Source of the DNA: Spirochaetota bacterium
Lineage (GTDB): Bacteria; Spirochaetota; UBA4802; UBA5550
Reading direction: 5' to 3'
Length of the DNA stretch: 64,000 nt
NCBI GenBank assembly: GCA_040768125.1
Contig: JAXGNG010000002.1
Location: 359,291 to 423,290 of the forward strand
Shown here in pieces: positions 1-10,118 of this stretch. A program made the position numbers and the translations under genes. Under the pieces are notes generated by a model, which saw only the letters and a list, made by a program, of their open reading frames with translations, was not told where the DNA came from and made no database searches. Position 1 is the stretch's first letter; each line of letters begins with the position of its first letter.

Positions 1-753
1 GCGTACCGCATCATACAGGAGGACATTTCCCTCGCACGCCGGATCCAGGAAAACCTCCTGGCGTACGCCCTCGATGGAGGTTCGCCCTTCACCATCGATA
101 TCCATTTCTACCCGATGAGCGAAGTGGGGGGGGATCTCTACGATATCGTTGAACTGAGGCCGGGGGTGCTTCGCGTTTTTCTCGCCGACGCGACCGGACA
201 CGGCATACAGGCGGCGCTCGTCACGATGCTCGTGAAGAGCGAATACGGGAAATTCAAATACGATGATGTCCCTCCCTCGGAGATCATGAAGGCCATCAAC
301 AACGAATTCATCGGGCGCTACACGAACCTTCCCGTACTCTATACCTGCATTATCGCGGATATCGACATTCACGCGGGCCGGGTCCTCTACGCCTCGGCGG
401 GACATCCCGATCAGTACGTGCTGCATGATGGCGACGTCAGCGTCCTCTCGCGGACCGGCAAGATTATCGGTTTCATCAGGGGCCTTGAATATAAACTCGG
501 CGAGGCGCCGTTCGGACCACGGGACAAGCTCATCCTTTTCTCAGACGGGATTTACGAAGAGTTTGACATGGATCTCAAGGAGTACGGCGAGAAAAGGCTT
601 TTTGACCTTGTGAGGCGTCATTCACGGGAGCCCGTCGCGTCGATCACGAGGAATATCCTGGACGATGTCCGATCCTTCACCGGGAAAGAGCGGATCAATA
701 CGAGTGACGATGTGACCGTCATAGGGGTTGAGGTCAAGGCTGATCGGCAATGA
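1..753 (+). CDS. PP2C/SpoIIE-family serine phosphatase (RsbU-like), C-terminal portion; 5' end lies outside the window
   Basis: Frame 1 is open from nt 1 (AYRIIQEDISLARRIQENLL...). PP2C motifs are present: GGDLYD, FLADATGHG, FSDGIYE, and a C-terminal [10 protein letters not shown]. Confidence 0.8.
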   Translation, partial: AYRIIQEDISLARRIQENLLAYALDGGSPFTIDIHFYPMSEVGGDLYDIVELRPGVLRVFLADATGHGIQAALVTMLVKSEYGKFKYDDVPPSEIMKAINNEFIGRYTNLPVLYTCIIADIDIHAGRVLYASAGHPDQYVLHDGDVSVLSRTGKIIGFIRGLEYKLGEAPFGPRDKLILFSDGIYEEFDMDLKEYGEKRLFDLVRRHSREPVASITRNILDDVRSFTGKERINTSDDVTVIGVEVKADRQ

Positions 754-1600
754 CGCGCCCGTCGCTGCCGGCGCCGCCCGGAAGCTTTCTCGCATCCCTG
801 ATGAGGATGTGGTTTTTCCCGAAGAGCCTGACCCTCCCGGGTGAAAGGGGGTTCGGCGGCGCGTTTTTGAATGGCCTCATGAGGGGGGAGATAAAATCGC
901 GGTCGGCGAAAATTCTCTTCCCGATACGGTTCGCGGCGTAATTCCTTTCGCCATTGTCCAGAAGGAGAATGAACCGGGGTGGGACCGGTTCTTCCAGCGA
1001 TCTCGCGAGAGGGTCGCGTATGCCCACGACCTCTGATTTGATCCTTACGCGAAGAATGTCCGGCTCTTCGACGCCCAGGAGGGCGAAGGGGGGGTGGGGA
1101 ATTATTTCGATGGACGTGAAGGGGGCGATAAACCATGACCTGTTCCGCTCGAAGGTTATCCATCGGTGTTTCCTCAGCGCGAGTTCCTCAGGGTGGTCCG
1201 CGATCCCTTCGACAACCGTTGGCGCGTCCCTGTGGTCGAGGGAGGGAAATTCCTCGAAGGACGCGTTGCGGGAATCCGATATTTTACCCAGGATCCGCTG
1301 TACAAGATTGAAATCGAGGCCCTCCCTGGTGTACTGCTTCCTGTAGGATTCAAGAAGCGCCCTGAGCCTGAGGAGGTCTTCGCCTCCCCCGACCGTGTTG
1401 AACGCCGAGTAAATGGAGCAGAGAATGTCCAGCTGGCCGATGATATCGTCGTAGAGCGGCTCGAATTCCGCGTACTTGTGTTCAAGGGCTGTCAGGGATT
1501 TTTCCACGGCACTCTGGATCCGCTCCATTTTCTGGAGATTGTAATTCCAGAGTTCGCGATAATCCTGGAATGAAGGGTCGTCGTTTGTTTCCTGTCCCAT
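734..1600 (-). CDS. hypothetical protein with no recognisable domain; start uncertain (ORF extends to 1726, internal ATGs at 1600 and 1528)
   Basis: Long ORF with protein-like composition, convergent with and overlapping the phosphatase by 20 nt. The 1600–1840 interval looks like a divergent promoter region (AT-richer, TTGACG). Confidence 0.4.
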   Translation of the reverse strand: MGQETNDDPSFQDYRELWNYNLQKMERIQSAVEKSLTALEHKYAEFEPLYDDIIGQLDILCSIYSAFNTVGGGEDLLRLRALLESYRKQYTREGLDFNLVQRILGKISDSRNASFEEFPSLDHRDAPTVVEGIADHPEELALRKHRWITFERNRSWFIAPFTSIEIIPHPPFALLGVEEPDILRVRIKSEVVGIRDPLARSLEEPVPPRFILLLDNGERNYAANRIGKRIFADRDFISPLMRPFKNAPPNPLSPGRVRLFGKNHILIRDARKLPGGAGSDGRVIADQP

Positions 1601-1839
1601 GCCCGCCGTCCAACCGTGTGGATGAAGGTAATGTACGCTACTCCATCCGTTTCTGCCCGTCAATAATTTTTGTCCCCGGCGCCAAATTACTTGACGTGGA
1701 AACTTTTCGTTCAACAATTGCATCAAAAAACGGGATGGGTGGGGGATTCGTGCGTTTCGGCGGCGCTGTTCCCACCGCCTGGTGTGCGGGTATGACGATC
1801 CCGCATCGAATGGGCCCCGTGGTGATGCGAGGTGCTCCT

Positions 1840-2604
1840 ATGATCGGCAAGAAGATACGCCTGCAGAGAATAATCAACAGAAACACGGGGAGGATGATCA
1901 TCGTCCCGATGGACCACGGTGTCACGGTGGGTCCCATTCCCGGTCTCATCGACATGGCCGATACCGTCAACAAGATCGCGAACGGAGGGGCGAACGCCAT
2001 CGTGATGCACAAGGGGATCGTGGAAACGGGACATCGGTCCAGCGGGAAGGACATAGGGCTCATCGTCCATCTTTCCGCGAGCACCTCCCTGGCTCCCGAC
2101 TCCAACGCGAAAACCCTCGTGTGCAGCGTTGACGAGGCGGTACGCCTCGGCGCCGACGCGGTGTCGATTCATGTTAACATCGGCGCGAACACCGAGGCGG
2201 AGATGCTCGGCATCATGGGCTACATTTCAAGAAGCTGCAGGGACTGGGGGATGCCTCTTCTCGCCATGATGTACACCAGGGGAGCTAAGATAAAAAACGA
2301 ATACGATGTGGCCGTGGTGAAGCACGCCGCCCGCGTGGGGGCGGAGCTGGGCGCCGATATCGTAAAGGTCAATTACACGGGATCGCCCGAGTCGTTCGAC
2401 GAGGTGGTGAGGGGGTGCCCCGTGCCGGTCGTGATAGCCGGCGGTGAGAAGATGGAAAGCGATGAGGAGATACTTGAAATGGTGAGGGGATCGGTCGAGG
2501 CCGGAGGCGCCGGGGTATCGATCGGCCGAAACGTGTTCCAGCACCCGAGCCCGGAGATAATATTGAAAAAAATCGCGGAGATCGTGCACGGCGGCGGTAA
2601 ATGA
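1840..2604 (+). CDS. 2-amino-3,7-dideoxy-D-threo-hept-6-ulosonate synthase (AroA', DhnA-type class I aldolase)
   Basis: Matches the archaeal ADH synthase along its length: [63 protein letters not shown], and the Schiff-base region [11 protein letters not shown]. The ORF's N-terminal extension from 1570 is rejected as promoter sequence. Confidence 0.8.
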   Translation: MIGKKIRLQRIINRNTGRMIIVPMDHGVTVGPIPGLIDMADTVNKIANGGANAIVMHKGIVETGHRSSGKDIGLIVHLSASTSLAPDSNAKTLVCSVDEAVRLGADAVSIHVNIGANTEAEMLGIMGYISRSCRDWGMPLLAMMYTRGAKIKNEYDVAVVKHAARVGAELGADIVKVNYTGSPESFDEVVRGCPVPVVIAGGEKMESDEEILEMVRGSVEAGGAGVSIGRNVFQHPSPEIILKKIAEIVHGGGK

Positions 2605-3602
2605 AGGAAGTCTGGCTCCACCTGCCATCATGGAACAAGGGCCTCGTTACGGAGGCCCTCGAATCCGGGGTAAACGCGATCGTGACGACGGCCGACCTCG
2701 TGGAGCGGATTCGCGAACTTGGAAGGATCATGGTGATCGCCCCGGACGGCGGCGACCGCAACATTCCCGGCGACGTGGAGATCGTTGTCATAAAGGATAA
2801 AAAAGACGAGGAGAGGGCCGCGGCCTCCCTGGCCTCTCGCGCGGTGATTGTTCGCACCACGGACTGGGACATCATACCGATCGAGAATCTGATACCCCGG
2901 GGGGGCGAGCGGCTCTATACCTTCGTGAGGCATCTGGATGACGCGAGGCTCGCCGCCGCGATAATGGAGAAGGGCGTTGCGGGTGTCGTTATTGAAACCG
3001 GGGACCCCGCCGAGATAGGACGCGTGGCGTCCTACATCCGTGAGATGGACAGCGAGGCATGCGAAATGGCATCGTTCACGATCACGGGGATCAGGGGCAT
3101 CGGCATCGGCGACCGCGTATGCGTGGACACCTGCGGGAACCTCGGGCCCGGGGAAGGACTCATGGTGGGCAACAGCAACCGGGGGATGTTCCTCGTTCAT
3201 GCCGAGAATATTGAAAACCCCTACGTCGCTCCCCGTCCCTTCCGCATAAACGCCGGGGCGGTGCATTCCTACGTGAGGGTGCCCGGCGGCAGGACGGTGT
3301 ACCTCGGCGAGCTTCGCACGGGCGATCCCGTCCTCATCGTGGACAAGGACGGTAAAACCTACACGTCCTACGTGGGTCGATCGAAAATCGAAAAAAGGCC
3401 CATGCTCGTCGTGTACGCCACGGACGGCCAGCACGAGTACTCCACTGTCCTCCAGAACGCGGAAACCATTCGTCTTACCTCGCCTGACGGAAAGGCCCTG
3501 AGCGTCGCATCGCTCAGGGAGGGGGATGTCGTGCTTGGGTGCAGTGAATCCGGCGGGCGTCATTTCGGCATGGCCGTCGAGGAGACGATTACCGAGCAAT
3601 AA
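2601..3602 (+). CDS. 3-dehydroquinate synthase II (AroB', archaeal-type)
   Basis: Conserved blocks [46 protein letters not shown] and [12 protein letters not shown] 4-nt ATGA overlap with the upstream aroA' suggests translational coupling. Confidence 0.85.
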   Translation: MKEVWLHLPSWNKGLVTEALESGVNAIVTTADLVERIRELGRIMVIAPDGGDRNIPGDVEIVVIKDKKDEERAAASLASRAVIVRTTDWDIIPIENLIPRGGERLYTFVRHLDDARLAAAIMEKGVAGVVIETGDPAEIGRVASYIREMDSEACEMASFTITGIRGIGIGDRVCVDTCGNLGPGEGLMVGNSNRGMFLVHAENIENPYVAPRPFRINAGAVHSYVRVPGGRTVYLGELRTGDPVLIVDKDGKTYTSYVGRSKIEKRPMLVVYATDGQHEYSTVLQNAETIRLTSPDGKALSVASLREGDVVLGCSESGGRHFGMAVEETITEQ

Positions 3603-3635
3603 CCAACCTGCCTCCGACTTGCCAACGGCATCCCT

Positions 3636-3663
3636 ATCCCTGAAAACGGGATCCCATTTTTTC
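3636..3663 (+). terminator. Rho-independent terminator candidate after aroB'
   Basis: ATCCC–TGAAAAC–GGGAT hairpin followed by CCCATTTTTTC. Confidence 0.5.
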
Positions 3664-3839
3664 TATGCATTCCAAAAAAAAGGATTGAACCGAGGGGGAA
3701 GTTTCATTCCTATGGAACGGAGTCCGATGCTGTGGACTCGTAGTGCCGCCCTGGGGTTTCGTAACGTGCGGGTCAAGATGGCAGAGCGGCGACCATGGCA
3801 CCACTTTGAAGGCTCACGGGTGTATGGGGCCTGTCTGCA

Positions 3840-3886
3840 AGCCAGCATCGTTTCCTTCAGGGGATAACGGGTGTTGGCTTTTTTGT
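3840..3886 (+). terminator. hairpin plus U-tract (terminator or attenuator) 48 nt upstream of the gltA start codon
   Basis: An 8-bp stem (AGCCAGCA / TGTTGGCT, one G·U pair) around a 24-nt loop, followed by TTTTTTGT. It ends a ~270-nt noncoding interval. Confidence 0.4.
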
Positions 3887-3933
3887 AATGATGGATGCGG
3901 CATCAACAGGTTAACCGCAGCCGCGCCCCGGGC

Positions 3934-5253
3934 ATGTCGACATTACAGGAAGGGGTCTTGCCGTTGAGCGACGCAGTACTGCATTATAACGGGACCGACT
4001 ATCCCCTCGGCATCGTTGAAGGGACGGAGGGGGAGAAGGCGATCGATATCCGCAATCTCCACAGGGATACCGGGCTCATAACCCTTGATACCGGTTATCA
4101 GAACACAGGATCCTGCCTCTCGGCCATCACCTACGTCGACGGGGAAAAGGGAGTGCTCCGCTACCGCGGAATTCCGATCCAGGTGCTGGCGGAGAAGGCT
4201 TCCTTCACCGAGACGGCCTTTCTGCTCATCCACGGCCACCTGCCGTCGGAGGAGGAGCAGAAGCTCTTTTCGCGGCGCCTCACCGAGAATTCCATGATCC
4301 ACGAGAAGATGCTCCGTTTTTTCGACGGTTTCCCCGTAACGGCGCATCCCATGGCCATGTTGAGCACCATGGTCAATGCGCTCTCGGTGTACTATCCACT
4401 GTTCTTCACGGACAAATTCGAGAGCGACACCTTTGAATTGATGGCGGTCCGGCTTATCTCGAAGATACGCACTATCGCCGCCTATTCATACAAGCATTCA
4501 ATCGGCGAGCCCTTTATCTATCCGAGGGACGATCTGCGTTATTGCGCGAATTTCCTTTACATGATGTTTCACAGCCCCGCGAAACCGTACGATGTCGACC
4601 CCTTCATCCACCAGCTGCTGAACATACTGCTCATTCTCCACGCCGATCACGAGCAGAACTGCAGCACCTCCACGGTGAGGCTCGTGGGAAGCAGCATGGC
4701 AAACCTCTATTCATCGATATGCGCCGGAATCTGCGCCCTCTGGGGCCCGCTCCATGGAGGCGCCAACCAGAGCGTGATCGAAATGCTCGAGAGCATCCAG
4801 AAGGAAGGTCTCACGGTGCGGCAGTGCATTGAAAAAGCGAAGAGCAGGGATTCCAACTTCAGGCTTTTCGGTTTCGGCCACCGCATTTACAAGAGTTACG
4901 ACCCCCGGGCGACATTGTTGAAGGAAAAATGCTGGGAGATGATAAGAATGTTCAACATTCACGAGCCCCTTATCGACATCGCCATGGAGCTGGAGCAGGC
5001 GGCCCTCCAGGACGACTACTTCATCGAGCGCCGTCTCTACCCGAATGTTGATTTCTACAGCGGGCTTCTCTACCGGATGATGGGCATCCCCACGGAAATG
5101 TTCACGGTGATGTTCGCCATCGGTCGGCTTCCCGGATGGATCGCCCAGTGGAAGGAGATGCATGACGATACGCCCCTTAAAATCGGACGACCCCGTCAGG
5201 TTTATATCGGAACGCATCTCGCTGATTACGTGCCGGTGGAGAAGCGGGGGTAG
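3934..5253 (+). CDS. gltA: citrate synthase (type II)
   Basis: Citrate synthase signature region GFGHRIYKSYDPRA, catalytic His context HGGANQ, and full-length similarity. The 3895 start is trimmed to MSTLQEG. Confidence 0.9.
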   Translation: MSTLQEGVLPLSDAVLHYNGTDYPLGIVEGTEGEKAIDIRNLHRDTGLITLDTGYQNTGSCLSAITYVDGEKGVLRYRGIPIQVLAEKASFTETAFLLIHGHLPSEEEQKLFSRRLTENSMIHEKMLRFFDGFPVTAHPMAMLSTMVNALSVYYPLFFTDKFESDTFELMAVRLISKIRTIAAYSYKHSIGEPFIYPRDDLRYCANFLYMMFHSPAKPYDVDPFIHQLLNILLILHADHEQNCSTSTVRLVGSSMANLYSSICAGICALWGPLHGGANQSVIEMLESIQKEGLTVRQCIEKAKSRDSNFRLFGFGHRIYKSYDPRATLLKEKCWEMIRMFNIHEPLIDIAMELEQAALQDDYFIERRLYPNVDFYSGLLYRMMGIPTEMFTVMFAIGRLPGWIAQWKEMHDDTPLKIGRPRQVYIGTHLADYVPVEKRG

Positions 5254-5417
5254 CGGTGCCGCCGAAGCGGCGCGGGGTCCCCGGCCGCGGCAAGCAGCGG
5301 ATACAGTGTCTGACCCGTGTGCCGATTTTTACAGCATGCGCGTGCATGCGTCATTGGACCGGCGCGGGGCGAGAGCATGATATACCAGATGAACACCAGT
5401 CGAAAAGGAGCCGATTG

Positions 5418-8400
5418 ATGTCCAAAAAAAAGATGACCAAATCCATGGACGGCAACATGGCAGCCGCCCATGTCGCCTATGCCTTTACCGAGGTCGCGAC
5501 GATTTACCCGATAACCCCCTCGTCGCCGATGCCGGAATACGTCGACGAATGGGCCGCCCATGGGCTGAAGAACATATTCGGCGAAAAGGTCAGGCTCGCG
5601 GAGATGCAGTCCGAAGCGGGGGCCGCGGCGTCGATGCACGGCGCGCTCCAGGCGGGGGCGCTGGCCACGACCTTCACGGCATCCCAGGGGCTCCTTCTCA
5701 TGATCCCCAACATGTATAAAATGTCGGGCGAGCTGCTTCCCGGCGTCATGCACGTGACCGCCCGGTCAATTTCCGCGCACGCCCTGTCGATTTTTGGTGA
5801 CCAGGCCGATATCTACGCCGTTCGCCAGACCGGTTTCGCCATCCTCGCCAGCGGTGGCGTCCAGGAGGTGATGGACCTCGGGAGCGTGGCGCACCTTGCC
5901 GCTATCAAATCGCGGGTTCCCTTCCTTCATTTTTTTGACGGTTTCAGGACCTCGCATGAAATCCAGAAAATCGAGGTGCTGGAGTATAAGGACCTGAAAA
6001 AGCTCGCGGATTGGACTTCGATCGAGGAGTTCAGGAAGCGAGCCCTGAACCCGATGGATCCCGTTACCAGGGGTACGGCGCAGAACCCCGATATCTATTT
6101 CCAGCTTCGGGAGGCGGCGAATCCCTATTACGAGGCGGTCCCGGACATCGTTGAAGGATACCTCAGGGACATGAGCGCGCTTACCGGAAGGGAATACCAT
6201 CCCTTCGTGTACTACGGCGCTCCCGACGCGGAGCATATCATCGTAGCCATGGGTTCGGTGACGGAAACCATACGTGAGACGATCGACCACATGATGGAGA
6301 AGGGAGACAAGGTGGGCCTCATGACCGTCCACCTCTACAGGCCCTTCTCGGCGAAGCATTTTTTCAAGATGCTTCCGAAGAGCGTCAGGCGCATCGCCGT
6401 CCTGGACCGGACCAAGGAGCCAGGGGCAACCGGCGAACCGCTCTACCTGGACGTGAGGGACATCTTCTACGGCCGCGAGAACATGCCCCTTATCGTGGGT
6501 GGGCGGTACGGTCTCAGTTCCAAGGACACAACCCCGGGCCAGATTATCGCGGTATTCGACAACTTGAGACAGCCGGAGCCGAAAAACGGTTTCACCATAG
6601 GCATCACGGATGACGTCACCTTTACGTCGCTTTCGGTGAAGGAAAACTTCAGCACCGCGCCGAAAGGCACCTTTGCCGCAAAGTTCTTCGGCATCGGTTC
6701 CGATGGAACCGTGGGGGCGAACAAGAATTCCCTGAAGATAATCGGCGACCACACCGACATGTACGCCCAGGCCTATTTCGCCTATGACGCCAAGAAGTCG
6801 GGAGGGGTCACGGTGTCGCACCTCCGCTTCGGCAAAAAGCCGATACGTTCGACTTACCTTGTTATCCGTCCCGATTTCGTGGCGTGCCATGTCCCCTCTT
6901 ACCTGGAGCAATATGACATGCTCAAAGGCCTTAAGAAGGGCGGGACATTTCTGCTGAACAGCATCTGGGACGCCGAGGAGACAAAGCGGCGACTCCCGGA
7001 CCATATCAAAAAGTACCTGGCCGAGAACGACATCAGTTTCTATATCATCAACGCAACGGAAATCGCCGAGGAGATAGGCCTGGGCACCCGAACCAACAGT
7101 ATCATGCAGGCGGCCTTTTTCAAGCTGGCGGACGTCATCCCCTACGATGAGGCCACGGGATACATGAAGGAAGCCGTGGACGCCACGTACGGGAAAAAGG
7201 GCGACGATATCATCAGGATGAATTACGCCGCGATCGAGAAGGGTGCCGAGGGCCTGGTCAGGGTCGAGGTCCCGGCGGAGTGGAAGGACATCGTGACGGA
7301 TGCCGACGCCGCGCGCGGCGAGGTCCCGGAATTCGTGCGCGAAATCGCGGACCCCATGAACCGCCTGGATGGAGACAGCCTTCCCGTGAGCGCATTTTCG
7401 GACATGCCCGACGGCACTTTCCCGCCCGGTACCACGGCCTACGAAAAGCGGGGTATCGCGGTCCATGTGCCGGAATGGCAGCCCGATGAATGCATCCAGT
7501 GCAACCAGTGCTCCTATGTCTGCCCCCACGCCGTTATCCGGCCCTTCCTCCTTGACGACGCCGAGGCGGCCGCAGTCCCGGAGGGGACCCGGCTTGTCGA
7601 CGCCAAGGGGAAGGGACTCGAGGGCTACAAGTTCAGGATACAGATAAGCCCCCTGGACTGCACCGGCTGCGGCAATTGCGAACAGACCTGTCCCGCGAAA
7701 CCGAAGGCCCTGATCATGAAAAATCTTGATGACCAGATGGCGGAAAGTGCCCGGTGGGCCCATTTCAGCCGCACTGTCACGTACAAGGACACCCTGGTAG
7801 CGAAAAGCACCGTGAAGGGGAGCCAGTTCGCCCGGCCCCTCTTCGAGTATTCAGGCGCCTGCGCCGGATGCGGGGAGACCCCCTACATCAAGCTCATCAC
7901 GCAGCTCTACGGTGACCGCATGATGATCGCAAACGCGACGGGATGTTCATCGATCTACGGCGGTTCCGCGCCAGGCACCCCGTACTGCGTCAATTCTGAA
8001 GGGCACGGTCCATCATGGGCGAGTTCCCTATTCGAGGACAGCGCCGAATACGGTTTCGGCATGAAGATTGGCGTCGAGCAGCTCAGGGACCGGGTCGAGG
8101 AATGCGCGCGGGAACTCATCAGGGGCGGCGCGTCCCCGGCCCTGAAAGAGGCGCTCAGCGAATGGATCGAAGGCCGGGACGACGCGGAGAAATCAAAAAA
8201 AGCTTCGACGAAACTCGTGCCTCTTCTTGAGTCGGAAAAAGACGATAACGCCCGTGAAATCCTCCGCCTGAGGGACTATCTCCCCAGGCGCTCGATCTGG
8301 ATTATCGGAGGTGACGGGTGGGCCTACGATATCGGCTACGGTGGCGTCGACCATGTAATTGCGTCGGGCGCCGATGTCAATCTCCTGGTCCTGGATACCG

Positions 8401-8945
8401 AGGTCTATTCGAACACCGGGGGACAGTCATCCAAGGCAACGCCCGTGGCCGCCGTCGCCAAGTTCGCCGCGGCGGGGAAAAGGATCAGGAAGAAGGACCT
8501 CGGCATGATGGCGATCACCTACGGGTATGTCTACGTGGCCCAGGTGGCCATGGGAGCCAGCCAGTCACAGTTCCTCAGGGTTGTCCAGGAGGCGGAGGCG
8601 TATCCAGGCCCCTCTCTCATCATCGCCTATTCGCCGTGCATCAACCATGGCCTCCGGGCCGGCATGGGCAAGAGCCAGCTTGAATCAAAGCTCGCGGTGG
8701 AATGCGGGTACTGGCACCTCTTCCGCTATAATCCCCTTCTCGAGAAAGAGGGGAAAAATCCATTCGTTCTTGACTCGAAGGAGCCTGACTGGAATAAATT
8801 CCGGGATTTCCTCATGGGGGAGGTGCGGTACACGTCCCTCAAGAAGGAATTCCCCGACGTTGCCGATGAGCTCTTCAAGGCCGCGGAGGAGAACGCCAGG
8901 TGGCGATATAATTCCTACCGAAGGCTCGCGAGCCTCGAATACTGA
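5418..8945 (+). CDS. por: pyruvate:ferredoxin (flavodoxin) oxidoreductase, single-polypeptide PFOR
   Basis: About 1175 aa. It has two ferredoxin CxxCxxCxxxCP motifs (CIQCNQCSYVCP, CTGCGNCEQTCP) and the TPP-binding GGDGWAYDIG block. An AAAGGAG ribosome-binding site precedes the ATG at 5418. Confidence 0.9.
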   Translation: MSKKKMTKSMDGNMAAAHVAYAFTEVATIYPITPSSPMPEYVDEWAAHGLKNIFGEKVRLAEMQSEAGAAASMHGALQAGALATTFTASQGLLLMIPNMYKMSGELLPGVMHVTARSISAHALSIFGDQADIYAVRQTGFAILASGGVQEVMDLGSVAHLAAIKSRVPFLHFFDGFRTSHEIQKIEVLEYKDLKKLADWTSIEEFRKRALNPMDPVTRGTAQNPDIYFQLREAANPYYEAVPDIVEGYLRDMSALTGREYHPFVYYGAPDAEHIIVAMGSVTETIRETIDHMMEKGDKVGLMTVHLYRPFSAKHFFKMLPKSVRRIAVLDRTKEPGATGEPLYLDVRDIFYGRENMPLIVGGRYGLSSKDTTPGQIIAVFDNLRQPEPKNGFTIGITDDVTFTSLSVKENFSTAPKGTFAAKFFGIGSDGTVGANKNSLKIIGDHTDMYAQAYFAYDAKKSGGVTVSHLRFGKKPIRSTYLVIRPDFVACHVPSYLEQYDMLKGLKKGGTFLLNSIWDAEETKRRLPDHIKKYLAENDISFYIINATEIAEEIGLGTRTNSIMQAAFFKLADVIPYDEATGYMKEAVDATYGKKGDDIIRMNYAAIEKGAEGLVRVEVPAEWKDIVTDADAARGEVPEFVREIADPMNRLDGDSLPVSAFSDMPDGTFPPGTTAYEKRGIAVHVPEWQPDECIQCNQCSYVCPHAVIRPFLLDDAEAAAVPEGTRLVDAKGKGLEGYKFRIQISPLDCTGCGNCEQTCPAKPKALIMKNLDDQMAESARWAHFSRTVTYKDTLVAKSTVKGSQFARPLFEYSGACAGCGETPYIKLITQLYGDRMMIANATGCSSIYGGSAPGTPYCVNSEGHGPSWASSLFEDSAEYGFGMKIGVEQLRDRVEECARELIRGGASPALKEALSEWIEGRDDAEKSKKASTKLVPLLESEKDDNAREILRLRDYLPRRSIWIIGGDGWAYDIGYGGVDHVIASGADVNLLVLDTEVYSNTGGQSSKATPVAAVAKFAAAGKRIRKKDLGMMAITYGYVYVAQVAMGASQSQFLRVVQEAEAYPGPSLIIAYSPCINHGLRAGMGKSQLESKLAVECGYWHLFRYNPLLEKEGKNPFVLDSKEPDWNKFRDFLMGEVRYTSLKKEFPDVADELFKAAEENARWRYNSYRRLASLEY

Positions 8946-8975
8946 CGCCGCAGCGGTGGCGGCCTCACGCGGGAG

Positions 8976-10091
8976 TTGAATGAGATGAAAGACACGGTGG
9001 TCTGGATAGATTTCGATACCATGGAGCGATTCATGACCGACGTGTTCATCGCGGCGGGCGTTCCCGTGGAAGACGCGAAAATATGCGCCGACGTGCTCAT
9101 CACTTCCGACAAGCGGGGGATCGATTCCCACGGGATCAACAGGCTGAAACCGATCTACATCGACCGGATCCGGGACGGGATCCTTTCGCCGGTCACGAAG
9201 ATCGATATCGTCAGGGAGGGACCCACCACGGCGGTTCTGGACGGCAATAACGGCATGGGTCACGTGATAGGGAAACGCGCCATGGCGATGGCCATTGACA
9301 AGGCGGACAAGTACGGCATGGGCATGGTGGCCGTGCGCAATTCATCCCACTACGGAATATGCGGGTACTACGCGATCATGGCAGCCGAAGCGGAGATGAT
9401 CGGCGTTACCGGGACCAACGCGCGTCCGAGCATCGCCCCGACCTTCGGCGTGGAGAACATGCTCGGCACCAACCCCCTTGTTTTCGGCATGCCCACGGAC
9501 GAGGGTTTCCCCTTCGTGATAGATTGCGCGACCTCGGTATCGCAGAGGGGCAAGATCGAGGTCTATGCCCGCGAAGGCAAGGCACTTCCGGCGGGATGGG
9601 TGGTCGACGAGCGCGGCGAATCGACGACGGATGCGGGCCTGGCCCTGGAAAAACTCATTGACGGTACCGCGGCCCTCGCCCCCCTGGGCGGCATTGGCGA
9701 GGAGGGGGGAGGGTACAAGGGATACGGCTACGCGACGGTGGTGGAGATATTGAGCGCGGCGCTCCAGGCGGGCAACTTCCTCAAAATGCTTTCGGGCTTC
9801 GAAAACGGGAAAAAAATCCCCTACCGGCTCGGCCATTTCTTCATGGCCATAAACATTTCCCATTTTATCGAGCCATCCGAATTTAAAAAAACGGCGGGAG
9901 ACATTCTCAGGGAGCTCAGGTCCTCGAAAAAAATGCCCGGTCGGGAGAGGATCTATACGGCGGGGGAGAAGGAATACCTCGCGTGGGTTGATCGAAAGGA
10001 GAGGGGTGTACCGGTCAACATGAGCCTCAGGAAGGATATCATCGCCCTTCAGGATGAGTTTAATCTGAAAGGGTACCCTTTCCCCTTTTAA
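8976..10091 (+). CDS. Ldh_2-family malate/L-lactate (or sulfolactate) dehydrogenase
   Basis: Ldh_2 motifs GIDSHGINRL, VAVRNSSHYG and GTNPLVFGMP; 31 nt downstream of PFOR on the same strand. Confidence 0.75.
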   Translation: MNEMKDTVVWIDFDTMERFMTDVFIAAGVPVEDAKICADVLITSDKRGIDSHGINRLKPIYIDRIRDGILSPVTKIDIVREGPTTAVLDGNNGMGHVIGKRAMAMAIDKADKYGMGMVAVRNSSHYGICGYYAIMAAEAEMIGVTGTNARPSIAPTFGVENMLGTNPLVFGMPTDEGFPFVIDCATSVSQRGKIEVYAREGKALPAGWVVDERGESTTDAGLALEKLIDGTAALAPLGGIGEEGGGYKGYGYATVVEILSAALQAGNFLKMLSGFENGKKIPYRLGHFFMAINISHFIEPSEFKKTAGDILRELRSSKKMPGRERIYTAGEKEYLAWVDRKERGVPVNMSLRKDIIALQDEFNLKGYPFPF

Positions 10092-10118
10092 CTGAACCGT
10101 GCCGAAGGCGTGAAGCAT

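Noticed and set aside
1570-1839. N-terminal extension of the aroA' ORF ([10 protein letters not shown]...)
   Set aside because: Homology to ADH synthase begins at [12 protein letters not shown] (1840). The upstream part looks like promoter DNA (TTGACG, AT-richer) and would overlap the divergent gene.
3526-3967. three small overlapping ORFs (113, 61 and 74 aa) in the aroB'–gltA intergenic region
   Set aside because: Mutually overlapping, without ribosome-binding sites and with low-complexity translations. The interval is better explained as structured noncoding RNA or leader.
5766-7763. 665-aa antisense ORF inside the PFOR gene, and many other 60–200 aa ORFs overlapping annotated genes on the opposite strand or in other frames (for example 618..1163, 1638..2105, 2628..3599, 12393..13097, 22077..22613, 38969..39367, 55742..57034)
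   Set aside because: Typical stop-codon-poor shadow frames of high-GC DNA. Their translations are Arg/Pro/Gly-rich and low-complexity, and they overlap genes with strong homology support.
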